Below, piece after piece: positions 13,036 to 27,730 of a stretch of DNA of 64,000 nt. Source of the DNA: Octopus vulgaris (taxonomy: Eukaryota); contig OX597822.1 in the NCBI GenBank assembly GCA_951406725.2, positions 496,001 to 560,000 of the forward strand, written 5' to 3'. How positions within the stretch are numbered: position 1 is the stretch's first letter; every line of letters begins with the position of its first letter. The notes under the pieces are model-generated. The model was not told the origin of the DNA. It saw only the letters and a list, made by a program, of their open reading frames with translations, and did no database searches. The position numbers and the translations under genes were made by a program.

Positions 13036-14522
13036 GTACTGATCGGTGATAGAAAATTCAACAAGTACTCCATCTGGTGAGAAATAAATATTATTTATTT
13101 AAAGGTCACAATACATGTATTAAAGCGCTATTAATGGTCTCATATGTCGAGAGAACTCAAACATATTTTTCAGGTGCAAACCACATGTCATAACGAACTA
13201 AAGAGATTGAATAACAGAAAAAAAACACGAAAAAAGTGTCTGCGTTTTCTATATGCTGCCTTCTGAGTTTTTTCAGGTTTCTTCTATTAAAAAAAATATA
13301 TATGTATATGTATATCTCTCTATATATAAAACTGAGAATGTCTGTCTGTCTGTCTGTCTGTCTGTGTGTTTCCCTAAAACTTGAGAACTACACAACTAAT
13401 TTCATTCAAATTTTACACATGCCTTACTTAGGGTCCATGTAGATTCATGGGCAAAAAAAAATGTTCAACTTCTTGCCTGGGGCGAGCCCATAGCAATATC
13501 ATATCTTTTCCGCTATTTCAGTATTACGTGTTAAAAGTGAAACAAAAACATTTCTCTATTTTATGTCAGATACTTTCACTTTAACACTAAAAATTAGAGA
13601 TAATAATAACAATTGAAATATATGTAGTAAGTAATAATTAAAATCAAACTAAAGTATAATATAATCGTAACATAACAAAAGTAAAAATAGCAGTTGGTAT
13701 AAAATTGCATCAATGACTTGAACTTGAATAAGTGGTTTCACATGAATGGGAATAAATAAAAAATAAAATTGGTGTGCAGAAATGGAATAGCCCAGATGGA
13801 GCTATACACATACCGTTTACCACGGCTTTTACATTAGATTATCTGCTAATTAGCTAGCATTAAGTATCTATATGAAGTTTGGCTGTATTTAATGTCTGTT
13901 TTCTCGAACAGCCGCTTCTACTGAGTACTGCTGTTGGTTTATTTCTTATACATAAAGGACTGCGTACTGCTTTTTAATTCACCGTAAGGTTTGTTGTTAT
14001 TGTTATTACTGTTTAACTATTGTTATCACGTTTGTTGGTTCCTCGTCAGGGAAACGTTGTTGTGCTGCATTTATTAAATAATTGTAAACCGTAACCCTCC
14101 CCCTTTCGGAGAAGGGGCTTTGGTTATTGTTTAAAAATTGAATTGTGTCCCTGTTTGGGGAAATTGACGATATTTTCACCGTCTTTACGGAAGCATTTTT
14201 GTTAAAATGCCTTCAATAGAAGAAAGTCCAAAAATGAATTTCGCTGCAGCCGTACACTTCTATACAAGAGGGAGGACAAGATCTAATTGATCGAAATTGC
14301 AAGAGACGGGCCTACAATTCCAGTCTGTTATATATTTTGAGTATTTTTATCACTGGCGTTATCAAGATATAACTTTGTATTTTGTATTTTATGGGTAGAT
14401 GTATATATATAGATGTATATGTAATATGTACACACATATATACACATATATACATGCATAATATATCTACCCATACACACATACGCACACACACACTCAC
14501 ACACACACACACACACATACAT

Positions 14523-14660
14523 AGGGGCAGGTGTGGCTGTGTGGTAACAAACTACATTCCAAGCATATGGTCCTGGGTTCAGTCCCACTGTGTGGTGACT
14601 TGGCATGTGTCTTCTGCTGTAGCCTCAGACCAACAAAAGCCTTCTCAGTGGATTTTGTAC
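14523..14660 (+). mobile_element. tRNA-derived SINE family A fragment inside the Helitron
   Basis: GGCAGGTGTGGCTGTGTGGTAA...GGGTTCAGTCCCACTG head, matching the copy at 55270. Confidence 0.8.
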
Positions 14661-14779
14661 ATATATACAGACATACATACATATATATACTTGCATACGT
14701 ACATATTCGGCATAATCACTCTACCACTACAACTAATAACTGTTGGGAACTCTTTCAAACCTGCCTTAGATTCAAACCG

Positions 14780-17652
14780 GAATCTCAACGCCCGAGTTTT
14801 CCATCTGAAATTAATCTCTCTCATGGAGCTCATACAAAAAGGGCAAGTCTTTGGGCCCATACAATGTGACATGTACACAATCGAGTGGCAAAAAAGGGGC
14901 CTTCCACATGCTCATATCCTGCTTTGGCTCTCAGCGAAGATCAATTCCAATGACATCGACAAGATAATCTCTGAAGAGCTTCCTGATCCAGCTTTAGACA
15001 AAGAACTATACAAAATAGTTAAAGCAAACATGGTACATGGTCCACGTGGGCATGAATGCAACATAAACTCACCATACTTGAAGGACAGCATATGTTCAAA
15101 AAGATTTCCAAGGAGGTTCCTACAAGAAACTCAGACAGGTGCTGATGGGTATCCATCATTCAGACGCAGAAAACCAGAAGACGGAGGTTTCACAGCAACT
15201 ATCGGACAGCACGATATTGATAATTGATGGATTGTTCCATACTGCCCATTCCTGTCAAAGACTTTCAATGCCCACATCAACGTTGAGTTTTGCAACTCCG
15301 TTAAATCCATCAAGTACGTTTGCAAATATGTAAACAAGGGCTCTGACGCTGCAATGTTTGGACTTCAACAAGAATACTGCCAGGATGAGGTGACGCATTA
15401 TCAGATGGGACGGTACATAAGTAGCAACAAGGCTTTCTGGTGCATCTTTGGCTTTCCAATTCACCATCGACACCCCACCATTCAACAGCTTGCAGTGCAC
15501 CTGGAAAATGGTCAAAGAGTGTACTTCACCGATGCTTCTCTGTTGGCAGAGGAACCAAGGGATAGCACACTCACTGCATTCTTCAAGATTTGTCAAGTGG
15601 ATCCAATCGCTCAAACCTTGCTGTATCACAGATTTCATCGTACTACACTTGGAATGGAAAAAAATGGGCCCCACGGAAAGCAGGTAAAAATGTTCATGGA
15701 TACCCTGGCATTAAGTTTCACACTTGCCTTGGGCGAGTATACACAGTGCATTCCACTCAACAAGAGTGCTTCTACCTTCGTCGACTACTTCATGAGGTCA
15801 GAGGGCCAACGTCTTTCCAGGCCCTAAAAACCGTTCATGGACATGTCTGCACAACATACAGAGAAGCCTGCTATCGACAAGGTCTGTTAGAAGATGGTGC
15901 ACAATGGGATGCAACTTTAGGAGAGGCTGCTTTATCACAATCACCTAAAAGTCTCAGGGCACTATTTGCAGTATTACTACAGGCATGCGAACTGTGTGAT
16001 CCGGCCACTCTATGGCTCAAATATAGAGACAACCTGGCTGAAGACTTTCAGCGCCAAGCTCAACTGCTCTATCCTGACATGGAGGGTATCAGCAATGAAA
16101 TCTATAACAAAATACTCATTGACATTGAAGACAGAATTGCTAAACTGGGTGGAAATGAATTGTCGACGTATGGCCTGCCACAAGCATTCAGGTCAGGGTC
16201 AAATAGCCTTCCCACTGCTGTCATTCGTGAAACAACCTACGACACTCAAGCGCTTTCAAAGTACATTGTTGAAAATGAGCCTAAATTACTTCCGGACCAG
16301 CTGCAGGCCTACAGAACTATTCTTAACAGTGTACGCCAACGTGAGGGACGAATCTTCTTCCTCGATGCTCCTGGAGGGACAGGAAAAACATTTATTACAA
16401 AGCTTCTCCCTGCAGAAGATAGGCAGCATCAGGACATTGCAGTAGCTGTAGCCTCTTCTGGCATTGCAGCTACTTTGTTACCCGGTGGCAGGACATTACA
16501 CTCAACTTTTAAACTCCCTCTCAATTTAGCAGCATCCGAAATGCCTTCATGCAACATCAACAAAAGCTCTGATCAGGGACAACTACTTAAAATATGTCAT
16601 CTAATTGTCTGGGATGAGTGCACTATGGCTCACAAGGGAGCTTTGGAAGCATTAGATAGAGCCCTGAAAGACATCCGAGACTGTCAGGCTCCAATGGGAG
16701 ATGTAACGCTTCTGTTGTCAGGTGATTTCAGGCAAACTCTTCCTGTAATTCCGAAAGGCACCAGAGCAGGTGAAGTCCAAGCATGCCTAAAGTCCTCTAC
16801 CCTGTAGCATCATGTTACAATCCTCAGTCTCACCACTAACATGAGAGCTCAACTACACGGCGACAAAATGTCCACAAAGTTTGCACAGGACATTTTGACA
16901 CTTGGTGAAGGCAAGATGCCTCTCGACTCTGCAGGACAAATGGAAGTGTGGTCATTTTCCTCTGTTGTTTGTTAATTCTGTAGATGACCTAAAACAAAGT
17001 CTTTCCCAACTTCACACAAAACTACCAAAATCACAATTGGCTGTGTGAAAGAGCAATATTAGCTCCAAAAAACGTCGCTGTTAACAAAATTAATCAACAG
17101 CTAATGCATTCTCTTCCCGGCACTATACACACTTACAAGTCTGTTGATACAATTCCAGGTATAAATGAAGTTGTGAACTATCCTCCTGAATTTCTCAATT
17201 CACTGGAGCCTCCTGGACTATCTCCACACATATTAGCACTTAAAGTTGGAACTTCTGTAATGCTACTCCGCAATCTGGAACCACCAAGAGTTTGCAATGG
17301 AACACGACTGGTGATAAAGAAAATGATGTCACACGTTATCGAGGCGACCATTCTTTCTGGATGTGGAAAAGGTGATGACGTCTTTATTCCAAGAATTCCT
17401 CTTACTCCATCAGGACCAGAAATTCCATTTACATTCAGAAGACTGCAATTCCCCCTTCGTGTCAGCTTTGCCATGTCCATTAACAAATCTCAGGGTCAAA
17501 CCCTCTCTGTAGCTGGTCTTCTCTTGGAAGAGCCCTGCTTCTCGCATGGGCAACCCTATGTTGGCTTCTCAAGAGTAGGAACCAAAAGAAACCTTTTTGT
17601 ATATGCTCCACAAGGAAAAACAAGGAACATTGTTTACAACGAGGTGTTATAA
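14780..17652 (+). pseudogene. Helitron RepHel (HUH Rep + PIF1-like SF1B helicase), disrupted and N-terminally deleted
   Basis: IEWQKRGLPHAHILLW (HUH) and KYVCKYVNKG (~15311). Helicase motifs DAPGGTGKTF, IVWDECTM, GDFRQTLPV, QFPLRVSFAMSINKSQGQTL and FSHGQPYVGFSRV. Multiple stops and frameshifts. Confidence 0.93.
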
Positions 17653-18834
17653 TCTCAACAGCCAGGAGGTATATACATGATCCCATTTTTTGTTAACAAA
17701 CTCCATGTACTTTCATGTATTTATATTAATATACATATATATATATATGTGTGTGTGTGTGTGTATCCATATATATATAACAGAAAAGTCTAATTCTTCA
17801 ATTGAATGTAACCGGGCAACGCCGGGTATCCCTGCTAGTATATATATAACACCCTAATGGGAGCCTTAACTCCCAAATTTTAGTCATTTCTTTTATGATC
17901 CAAAACTAGGTCAAAAGTACTGAATGGATCTTTATGAAATTTGGAAATTATATTCTAAGCATAAGGGCCATAACCCCCATGACAATTCATATATTTTTGC
18001 TGTTGATGAAATTTTAACCATAGATATTAGACACAAATGAAGTAATATTTATAAAATTTCATCTTCTTACAAAGTTAGAAAGACCCCTCCATGGGGACTT
18101 AACACCCATAATTTTGTCATTTTATCTAAGCAAAAACGAATACAGTTGTGCTCTTGGAAGCTGTAGGGTTACTCGAGCATAAAAGTTGGGCATTATTTCT
18201 AATTCAATGGTACAACAGTGTAACAGTTTGCTTTGACATACACTTACATTGTTATTTCTGCAATGTGGTGCATAAATTGTCAAGTAAATGAGAGGCATCT
18301 TTGTCTCCACTGATTCAGTTGCAAAGTGTTGAGTAAAGTTATTTGATTGCAGGCCTCCTTTAAGTCTTTTTATTGTCACTCGGTCACACATAGTCCCCAG
18401 ATGGTAACATTGATTTCAAGGCCTTCCCAGATGAGTGACTGGTTATTCAAAGACATTTATAGATTTTAAATTCATTCTGTCCAGTTATGTATCAGTATAG
18501 TGGTCATTTGAAAACTCTAGAGGTGACACTTTAATTTCTCCTAATCCCTCACGCCACACAGTTGTTAATGTTGATTTCAGTTGGGTCACGCCCTTCGAAT
18601 TGCTATAGATTCGTAATGCATCTTACGGCTGTGTCTGTCACCTGGATGGTGAGGAATCCTACATTGGGACTGATAACGACTAGGGTAGGGTAACTGACTG
18701 CTTATTGTGATCATTAGTCTTTTGGTTTCCAAGTGGCACGATTACAATTTTTTAGGGTGTGTAAAGAGGGAAATAACTCTCATCTGCAATTTTGATGAAA
18801 TTCGAAACATAGATATTCCAGTTCATTCAGAAAA

Positions 18835-18893
18835 TATAACAGAAAAGTCTAATTCTTCAATTGAATGTAATCGGGCAACGCCGGGTATCTCTG

Positions 18894-18897
<4 letters not shown>
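18835..18897 (+). mobile_element. Second copy of the Helitron 3' terminus
   Basis: Near-identical to 17777-17838 (ATAACAGAAAAGTCTAATTCTTCAATTGAATGTAA..GGGCAACGCCGGGTATC..TGCTA). Confidence 0.8.
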
Positions 18898-18963
<66 letters not shown>

Positions 18964-19094
18964 GAGTAAGCAAGGGAGAGAGAGAGAGAGAGAGAGAAAG
19001 AGAGGCAGAAACAAGGAAAGTGCCCCTTGTATTTGAATACTATGCAAATATTCTTTTAAAAGACTTTTAATGTTTCCAAAATTTAGTTGTTTTC

Positions 19095-19143
19095 CATACT
19101 TACAGTTGAAAAAGTCTCAATGACTGAAACCGGTACTGAAATG
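19095..19143 (+). ncRNA. Minimal type-I hammerhead ribozyme, U3-A8 core variant
   Basis: CAG-TTGAAAA-AGTC tcaat GACT-GAAAC-CG-GTA-CTG. Palindromic helix III (ACCGGT), GUA triplet. Lies in a segment flanked by (TA)n. Confidence 0.6.
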
Positions 19144-19231
19144 TTTTTTATAAAATTATTTTAGCATTTTCTACCTTGACTTTTTTCCATGTATATATAT
19201 ATATATATATATATACATATATATGTATGTA

Positions 19232-19267
<36 letters not shown>

Positions 19268-19449
19268 TATATATGTATATATAAATATATATAATATATA
19301 TATGTGTATATATATAAATATATATATAATATATATATGGATGCATCTATGTCTCTATGTATGTCTGTGTATGTATGTCTATATGTATGTATGTATGTAT
19401 GTATGCGTGTATGTAAATATTATCATTTGTAGTCAGTGGTCGCGACTCT

Positions 19450-19755
19450 GACTGCTCATGGTTTTTGCATGACTTGAGGACCTTTCTCCAAACTTGTCGG
19501 TTTTTCACTTGAATTTGCCATTTATTAGGATCAGTTCCTCTCCATTTCATATTCCTTTTTACAGTATCTGTGAATCTCAGCATAGGTTTTCCTCTTGTAT
19601 AGCTGGGAGTAAAGGATTTGTCTGGAAAGTCTGCTGTTGTCTATCCTATATACTTTTTGAAACCAACATAAATTTCTATTGATGAGAAAATCCATCATAA
19701 GAAGCAGACCAGCACGCTGGAGGATTCCTCCATTCCTGACCTTGTCAAACAACAG
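19450..19755 (-). mobile_element. RTE-clade LINE 3' fragment
   Basis: Minus-strand peptides RIDNSRLSRQILYSQL and LRFTDTVKRNMK...NRQVWRK are typical of the RTE ORF C-terminus. Confidence 0.7.
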
Positions 19756-19757
19756 TG

Positions 19758-19831
<74 letters not shown>

Positions 19832-19890
19832 AGTCTGTCTGTCTGTCTGTCTGTGTATCTGTGTGTCTGTCTGTGTGTCTGTGTGTCTGT

Positions 19891-19949
<59 letters not shown>

Positions 19950-20843
19950 GCTATATGTCTGTCTGTCTGTCTGTTTATATACATTGACTTACACGCACAT
20001 GCTCACACACACGTACACACACACACACATATGTGTATGTGTGCCTATGTCTCTATGTGTTTGTACAGTCATGTGGGTGCAGTCAGAAAGACAAACAGAT
20101 AACTTAACAAATAGAAAGATAGAGAGATAAATAGAATAAACGAAAGATAAACAAAGATAGGCAGATATTAAGGAGAATGACTAGAGATAAACAGGATGAG
20201 AGTGACAGGAAAGGACATGGATGCTAGCAGTTGGAGAATGGCGTCAGTGGTGCTAGCAAAATACGAAAATACAGTGGTGAGAACAAGTTATAAAAATGGC
20301 TAACGCTTGGTAAGATTTTAATTCCTGGTTCGCGTGCCTCCTTCCTATAAATCAACCACATGGGGTGTGAAAGTACATGATCTGCAAACGCTTAGTGCGT
20401 GTGTCGAAGTATTTATTATCACTGTTTTGGGGCTACGGGAACGAGCTAGGTTCAAGAAGGGTCTTAGGCATACGACCGTCGTCTTCGAACCGCTATCGCT
20501 GGATTTTTGTCCCTTTCTGCCTCCACTCTCCACCACTCTCTGATAGTGTCTTTCTCTCTAGTCCTTTCTCAGCTTAACTCTATATTTTTCTCTATTTCTT
20601 TCATATCTACTTCTTCCTCTTTTTATACCCCCACTTTTTTTTGCTGCTTCTTCATTATTTTTATATCATTCTATCTGTCGGCTTCTCGTTCTCTGCATCC
20701 CTTTCTCTCTCTCTCACCGTCTTCTGTATTGCCGGTCTTCATTTCTCACCCTCTGAACCTCTGGTTTTCCCCACTCAGTTTGTCTACTTCTCTCTTTATA
20801 TCTCGGCCTCCCTTTTCCATTTACACAGTAACTACATAATACA

Positions 20844-20940
<97 letters not shown>

Positions 20941-21009
20941 TACATGTGCATGCATACATACAAGCACACATACACCCACCCATAAACAATATGCTTGTAC
21001 ATACATACA

Positions 21010-21112
<103 letters not shown>

Positions 21113-21233
21113 GCACATACATATATACGTGTGTTAAATATGTAATTTTTCACGAATAAATTTTCGCAGACATCATTCACATGAGAACAACAGTTAAATT
21201 TCTTTTAACAAATTTAATGCAGCAGCAGTAATG

Positions 21234-21270
<37 letters not shown>

Positions 21271-21296
21271 TAATAATAATAATAATAATAATAATG

Positions 21297-21381
<85 letters not shown>

Positions 21382-21615
21382 TAATAAACGCTAATTAGAA
21401 ATAAATGAGGAAAAAAATCAATATTTGTCATTGATTAAAATTCATTATACGACTGCAATATATTTAGATTTCCCTCCATTAATTGCTGAAGTAATGGCAT
21501 AATTAAGAAAAGTCAGTATTAAATTGCTTAAAGCTGACTACTTATCTGTCTGGTTCTCTCTCTCTCTCTCTTAACTGCAAAATGAATGCAACGCATTCCA
21601 CCTCTCTCTGTTCAT

Positions 21616-21654
<39 letters not shown>

Positions 21655-21772
21655 TACACACATACATATATATATATACATACATCTATGAACATGTATA
21701 TATACATATATATATATGCATATACTTACACACACATATATACACACGCATATAATGTATATACATACATAC

Positions 21773-21824
<52 letters not shown>

Positions 21825-22499
21825 ATATAAACACATGTATATCCACAAATATAGATATATTATAGATACACATACATACATGCACACGCGCACAAACATA
21901 CACACCTTATGTGACATATTGCATAGAGTTCTACTTCAGATCACATCTATTTACCATGTAACATACAGCCAAAAAATGACCATAGAAACAGTTTATATGT
22001 ACATAAATAAATGCATATACGCACTCTTACATGCAAACACATGCACATATATATTTATATATACATGCACGCATACCTTATGGACTCTCCTGTCGTAGAG
22101 GACAGATGATGGTCCTACGATTTTTTGTCGAACAGGCAGCACGTGTGATTTTTATAGTGATCAAATGTTTGTGCTATACCTTTGCTCATTCCGTCTATCA
22201 AATTGTACCTGTGAAGGACTTGTTTAGAGTCGATTTTTGAGACCCCGACCGGGATCCAGAGCAGTACCTAGGGGCAGCTTAGAGCCTTGTCGGGGGCGAA
22301 GAAGAATAGGCTTAGTGCCGAAATATGAACATTTTTGTAATGATTAATATTGTTGTCATTTTAGACGAATTGTAAGAGGTTCAATGCCTCATGTAATGAT
22401 TTGTTAAAGAACAATGTTATAGAGAAGCAGAGGGTCGGGGAGTGCTTTCTGTCTTCTCTCATCCTTATCATCCTTGTATCATTATCATTCATCTCATTA

Positions 22500-22725
22500 A
22501 TGTCTTGTCCAGCCCGCAAAGCTACCCAATCTGTGGACTGTCTTCATGACAAATTTAATGAAAGTCTACTTGTGAAGTGTGTGCCACACGCGAGACGTAA
22601 AAGGGATCGCAGACTAACGTGTATGCAAGTGTTTTGTTCAAGAACACAACGCACCGCCCGGTCCGGCAATCGAAACCGCGATCTTACGATCGCGAGCACA
22701 TCTTGAACAGTAGGCCGTATGCTTT
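22500..22725 (-). mobile_element. tRNA-headed SINE fragment
   Basis: GTTCAAGAACACAACGCA...ATCGAAACC motif (reverse B box), related to 36290-36330. Confidence 0.5.
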
Positions 22726-23499
22726 CACTTGCATGCATGCGTGTATACATACATACATACATACGTACATACATACATGCATACGTACGTACGTACTTAC
22801 ATACATACGTACGTACATAGTACATACATACATACGTACGTACATACATACGTACGTACGTACATACATACATACATACATACGTACGTACGTACATACA
22901 TACATTATACATACATACATACATACATACATACATACATACATACATACATACATACATACATACATACGTACGTACATACATACATACATACATACAC
23001 GATGGCTGCAAAATCGTGTTCAAGTATTGCCATCGCCTGATCGAAATCCTACACATGCGATGCTCGTATATGACTCTTCAGTCCAGCCAAAGATCAACTT
23101 TCTTTACCACACAGTTGACAAATATGAATGACGTTGGAACTCTTGCGATTCATCCTTGTGAATTTTCATATGGCGCTTGAGGCCTCTTGAGGAGGCACAC
23201 TCCTTTCCACAAATCTATCACCTTTTCATTTCATACTCAGTGTAGTCCACAACGGGTTTGGTACATATATACATACACGTATGCATACACACCACACACA
23301 TATATATCTTTATCTCTTTATCTTTTTTTACCTACCTTACTATCAGATGCTCTTATACATCGTTGATCACCATGCGCTTCCATCTTTTCTTGACCGTGTC
23401 CCTCTCTTCCATTTTGGACCAAATTGTTTGGCTATTCGCGTTCTCATGGTTTTCCGAGCGGCCTTTTGGGAGCCTTTTGATCCAACCCAACAACTACGC

Positions 23500-23969
23500 A
23501 GGTTCATAGCGAACAACTTGATTGTGTGAATGAAATATTATGCCGAAAGTGGCCAGCTTTAGTAAACAGAAAAAGTGTTATTCTCCAGCATGACAATGCA
23601 CGGCCATACTCTTCAAAAGAATCCCAAAGAAAAATAAGATTGTTAGGATGGAAAGTTCTACCACATCCTTCATATTCATTTGACTTAGCACCAACGGATT
23701 TCCATCTCTTCCGATCACTAAAACATTTTATAAGAGGCAAAACATTCAGGAATAGAGAGAAAATTGAAAACAGTCTTTCAGACTTTTTTTTTGAAGAAAA
23801 GAAATAGGTTTTTTTGAACGTGGCAAAAAGAAGTTACTTTCCCATTGGGCTGCATACATTGAAACGATGGTGATTACATTCTTGATTAAAACTATTCAGA
23901 TAAACATAGTTTACATTCGTTTTTATATCCTTTCTGGTAGAACGCAATTACTTTCCGAACATCTTAATA
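23500..23969 (+). mobile_element. mariner (DD34D) transposon 3' half
   Basis: ILQHDNARPY...LPHPSYSFDLAPTDFHLFRSL. TIR-like end CGCAATTACTTTCCGAACATCTTAATA. Confidence 0.85.
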
Positions 23970-24349
23970 GATATTTCTTTCAAAATTCCTATTTTTGTTT
24001 CACACGTTCACTTGTGTAGGTCATAGGTCTGCAACAACTCTCTCTGAGAGTATGTTTCAGTGACCGGAAACATGTAAAACTATGTAAGACTTTAGAGAAA
24101 GAAACCGACTTGTTTCTTGTAATAAATGTTTTCATGGAATCTTAAGATACTACGGTGGATCTCTAATTTACTATTTTACTTGTGTAGACCCCCACCCAAA
24201 TTTTATACGTACCCCCTGGAGTCATAAGACCCCGGTTGAGAATAACTGATGTACACAAATTTCTTTATTTATTCAATTTTATCGCTTCCCACCACTATTC
24301 AACCTTGTATTATGTTTTCGCACCTTATCTACCTCGTTTTTATACAGTG

Positions 24350-25620
24350 TATTTTAATCCTGCAGCTGAACTTCCTGTATCCAGCCTTTTCATCTTGGTC
24401 TGAAGATGACCTCAGGTCACTGCAATGAACGTGACGCTATTTGTGAACTAGAGGTGTGTTAGTAGCTAGCAGTTGATGCTGATGCCACCTTTCCAATCAA
24501 TGTCTCTGACAACCATGCAGTGAAGAGCTTTGGAGAGGTGGTATTTTTTGTCTGGCACCCTTCTCAACTGGAACACTTACGAGAGGTGACAACAAATTTA
24601 TGTCTGTGGTACATCCCGACTTCATCTCTGTGAGAAGTTTAATGTATTGTGCCTTGACTCCTTGCATTTCCAGGCACTTCAGCACTGTTTTATCTCGACC
24701 CCATCGAAGACCTTTTCCCATTCTACGCGGGCAACATGGGAGCCGCTTCTTCTTACACTTATGACAGCAGAAAATCGAGCGTCACTAATGATTCAAAAAG
24801 ATTTATGTAAAAGGTTTCACAGACCTCGTCTCCCTTCCTTTCTTTTGCAACCAAGAGCGGCACGTAAATTAAAAATAAATGAAAACGGATTTCCATCGGT
24901 TTCAACGATGAATGTTCCATGTATTCTATCAACTCGACTGTTTACTCATTAAATTAAAATCTAAAAGTGGCTGATATTCCACACATGTGTCCTCAAAATC
25001 AGCATCATACAATATGTGATGAAAGTGGAACTTTGAATGACAAGTAGAATGATAGCATCTGTTCGCAGGGCTTCCACAGTTTCCATCTACTCCAGTTTCA
25101 CTTATAAGGTTTGGATCGACTCAAAGTTATGGTAAAAAACACGTACGTAAATTGACACATTGTGCGTTCAAAGGTTCTCAGAAAGAACTACAGCATGACA
25201 AGACTCTGTAAACCAGTCACTTCAATAGCACTATCCTACCTGCGCTATAATAACTTATTCTGGGCCACAACAAAGAAGGAACAATAATAACTGGCTACAA
25301 CATACAGAAAGCTATGGAAAGATCTATGCTAAGAATATTATTGCAGGGGCATATTCGAAACGAAGTAATTTTAAGAAAGGAGTGGAGTGAACTATGTGAT
25401 CGTGGAATACCGAAAGCAAAAGTTCCGTAGGACCGGATATGTCGCGAGGTTCATAGACAACAAGCGGATCCACGCAGTAGTCGAGTGGTATTCAAGAGGT
25501 CAGATGAAACCATTCGGAAGACCCCTTAGGTGATGGTAAGATGACACGGTCAAAAACTTCGGATCCAAATAGAAGAGAAAGGCATAACAAAGGGAAGGAT
25601 GGAAGCGCATTGCGTGAGTG
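24350..25620. mobile_element. Degraded RTE-like LINE fragments (minus ~24350-24780, plus ~25130-25620)
   Basis: RT-like remnants (VPVEKGARQ on minus) and C-terminal RTE-like segments on plus. Heavily decayed. Confidence 0.45.
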
Positions 25621-26501
25621 ATATACGTTTTGGGGCATCAAATAATGTGGATGATGAAGCAATAAAGCAATGTGGTCAAACGTTGGATCTCATGGTTGTA
25701 AAAGCAATTTCTAAACTACTTCACCATCCCCATGATGCGTACACACGTATATATACAAATACTCAAACACACACACATACACTCACGTACACACACATAC
25801 ACAGATGAGTATACATAGAGATGCATTCCCTTATTCGATAACTGTCAGCAAGTTTTGTCATTGGTTAATGTGTACAACAACGAGAATGATTAAAGATGTA
25901 TGTCGGTCCGTAGTTGTAGTAGTAAAAGCGAGGTTTGTCTCCAGCCTGTATTAAAATTGAATGAGGGTACGGCTATTTCGTCTGTCAATAGAAACTTAAT
26001 ATCGAACCGTGATAGATAATCAGAAATTTTTTGTTTTCTATTCATATATTTTATATCCCTTGCAGTTTTAAATTAAACAATCAATTTTCCCCTCTCGCTA
26101 TCGTACATACCCCGATCCTCAGCTTCATTTTCTTAAGGTCTAAATGTCCCCTATAAAAAAGCATTAACTCAGCTATGTTTTGCTAGCTCTATGTTTGGTG
26201 AGTGACAGCTTCAATTTAACCAGAGGCCACGTTTTGTGGAATTATATATTCGCACACACAATACATACATACATACATACATACATACATACATACATAC
26301 ATACATACATACATACACACATACGTACGTACATTGATATATACGTGCATAAATGTATATATATATATGCATGTGTGTGTGTGTGTGCATTTATATATAT
26401 ATATAACTTGTATATATATATATATATATACACATAATATAAACGTATATATATGTGCATACTTATATATATGTATACATACATACATGCATATATATAC
26501 A

Positions 26502-26532
<31 letters not shown>

Positions 26533-26564
26533 GTATAAATACATATATGCGTTCATCAACTGAA

Positions 26565-26607
<43 letters not shown>

Positions 26608-26723
26608 TATACATATATATATACACGCACACACACATATATTTGTATGTATATATGTATATACACATATATATATATAATTACGAACGAACACACACAC
26701 ACGTACGCACATACACAAATACG

Positions 26724-26756
<33 letters not shown>

Positions 26757-27102
26757 GAATTTATGCCTGAACATAGGCGGATCTATCTAGTATATTTTTA
26801 TATAAATATATTTTGTCTTTAGTAGTTATAATATTATATATTTGCTCTTCTTAATGTATTTTGGTGTCACCATAATTTTGTTCCTTCAACTATGATTACC
26901 TCTCCACCGCAACCACATCACCGTCGTCGTCTGCCTCCTCCCTACCATTATCATCATCATCATCATCATCATCATCATTGTTTTTGTCATTCTCTCTTCC
27001 GTAAAATGACCCAAATGTCAAATAAGAAAACAACTCTCATTAATTCATAATCTTATTAAACCTATGCTTCCTGTCCTTACTCTCCACACACACGCACACA
27101 TA

Positions 27103-27146
<44 letters not shown>

Positions 27147-27188
27147 GTACATGCATACTCACACACGCACTCCCATATTTATATATAC

Positions 27189-27236
<48 letters not shown>

Positions 27237-27423
27237 ATATATATATATTTATATACATTCACATACACATATGTATATATAAATATATATACATATGTTT
27301 GCATATATATATATATACACACACCCATACGCACACACATATTATATTATTGCATGTTTTGAATCTGCATACTTTAGGTATGTAAGTGTATATATACATA
27401 TATCTATATATATATATATGAAG

Positions 27424-27455
<32 letters not shown>

Positions 27456-27502
27456 GGAGGTGTATATATTTATATATATATATATATATATGAAGGTGTA
27501 TA

Positions 27503-27534
<32 letters not shown>

Positions 27535-27539
<5 letters not shown>

Positions 27540-27730
27540 TATATAGAAGGAGCTTCTACAGGACTAGAACTGTTTCATTCAAGAGAAATCTTCAGGAAGC
27601 TCCTGAAGATTTCTCTTGAATGAAACAGTTCTAGTCCTGTAGAAGCTCCTTCTATATAATAAATTAATTTTACTCTGCTATGTATTGAGTACCTTATTTA
27701 CTGTGGTTAACCCCGAATCAACCCGGGACC

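Larger units (their letters stand above)
13315..17838 (+). mobile_element. Helitron (decayed autonomous-type)
   Basis: 5' A|TCTCTCTATATATAAAA start (approximate). Rep/PIF1 helicase coding region. 3' GC-rich hairpin CCGGGCAACGCCGGG followed by CTAG|T at 17835-17839. Confidence 0.85.

Noticed and set aside
24040-24080. CTGAGAG...GAAACATGTA
   Set aside because: The core is one nucleotide short and the helices are unsupported. At best a decayed relic.
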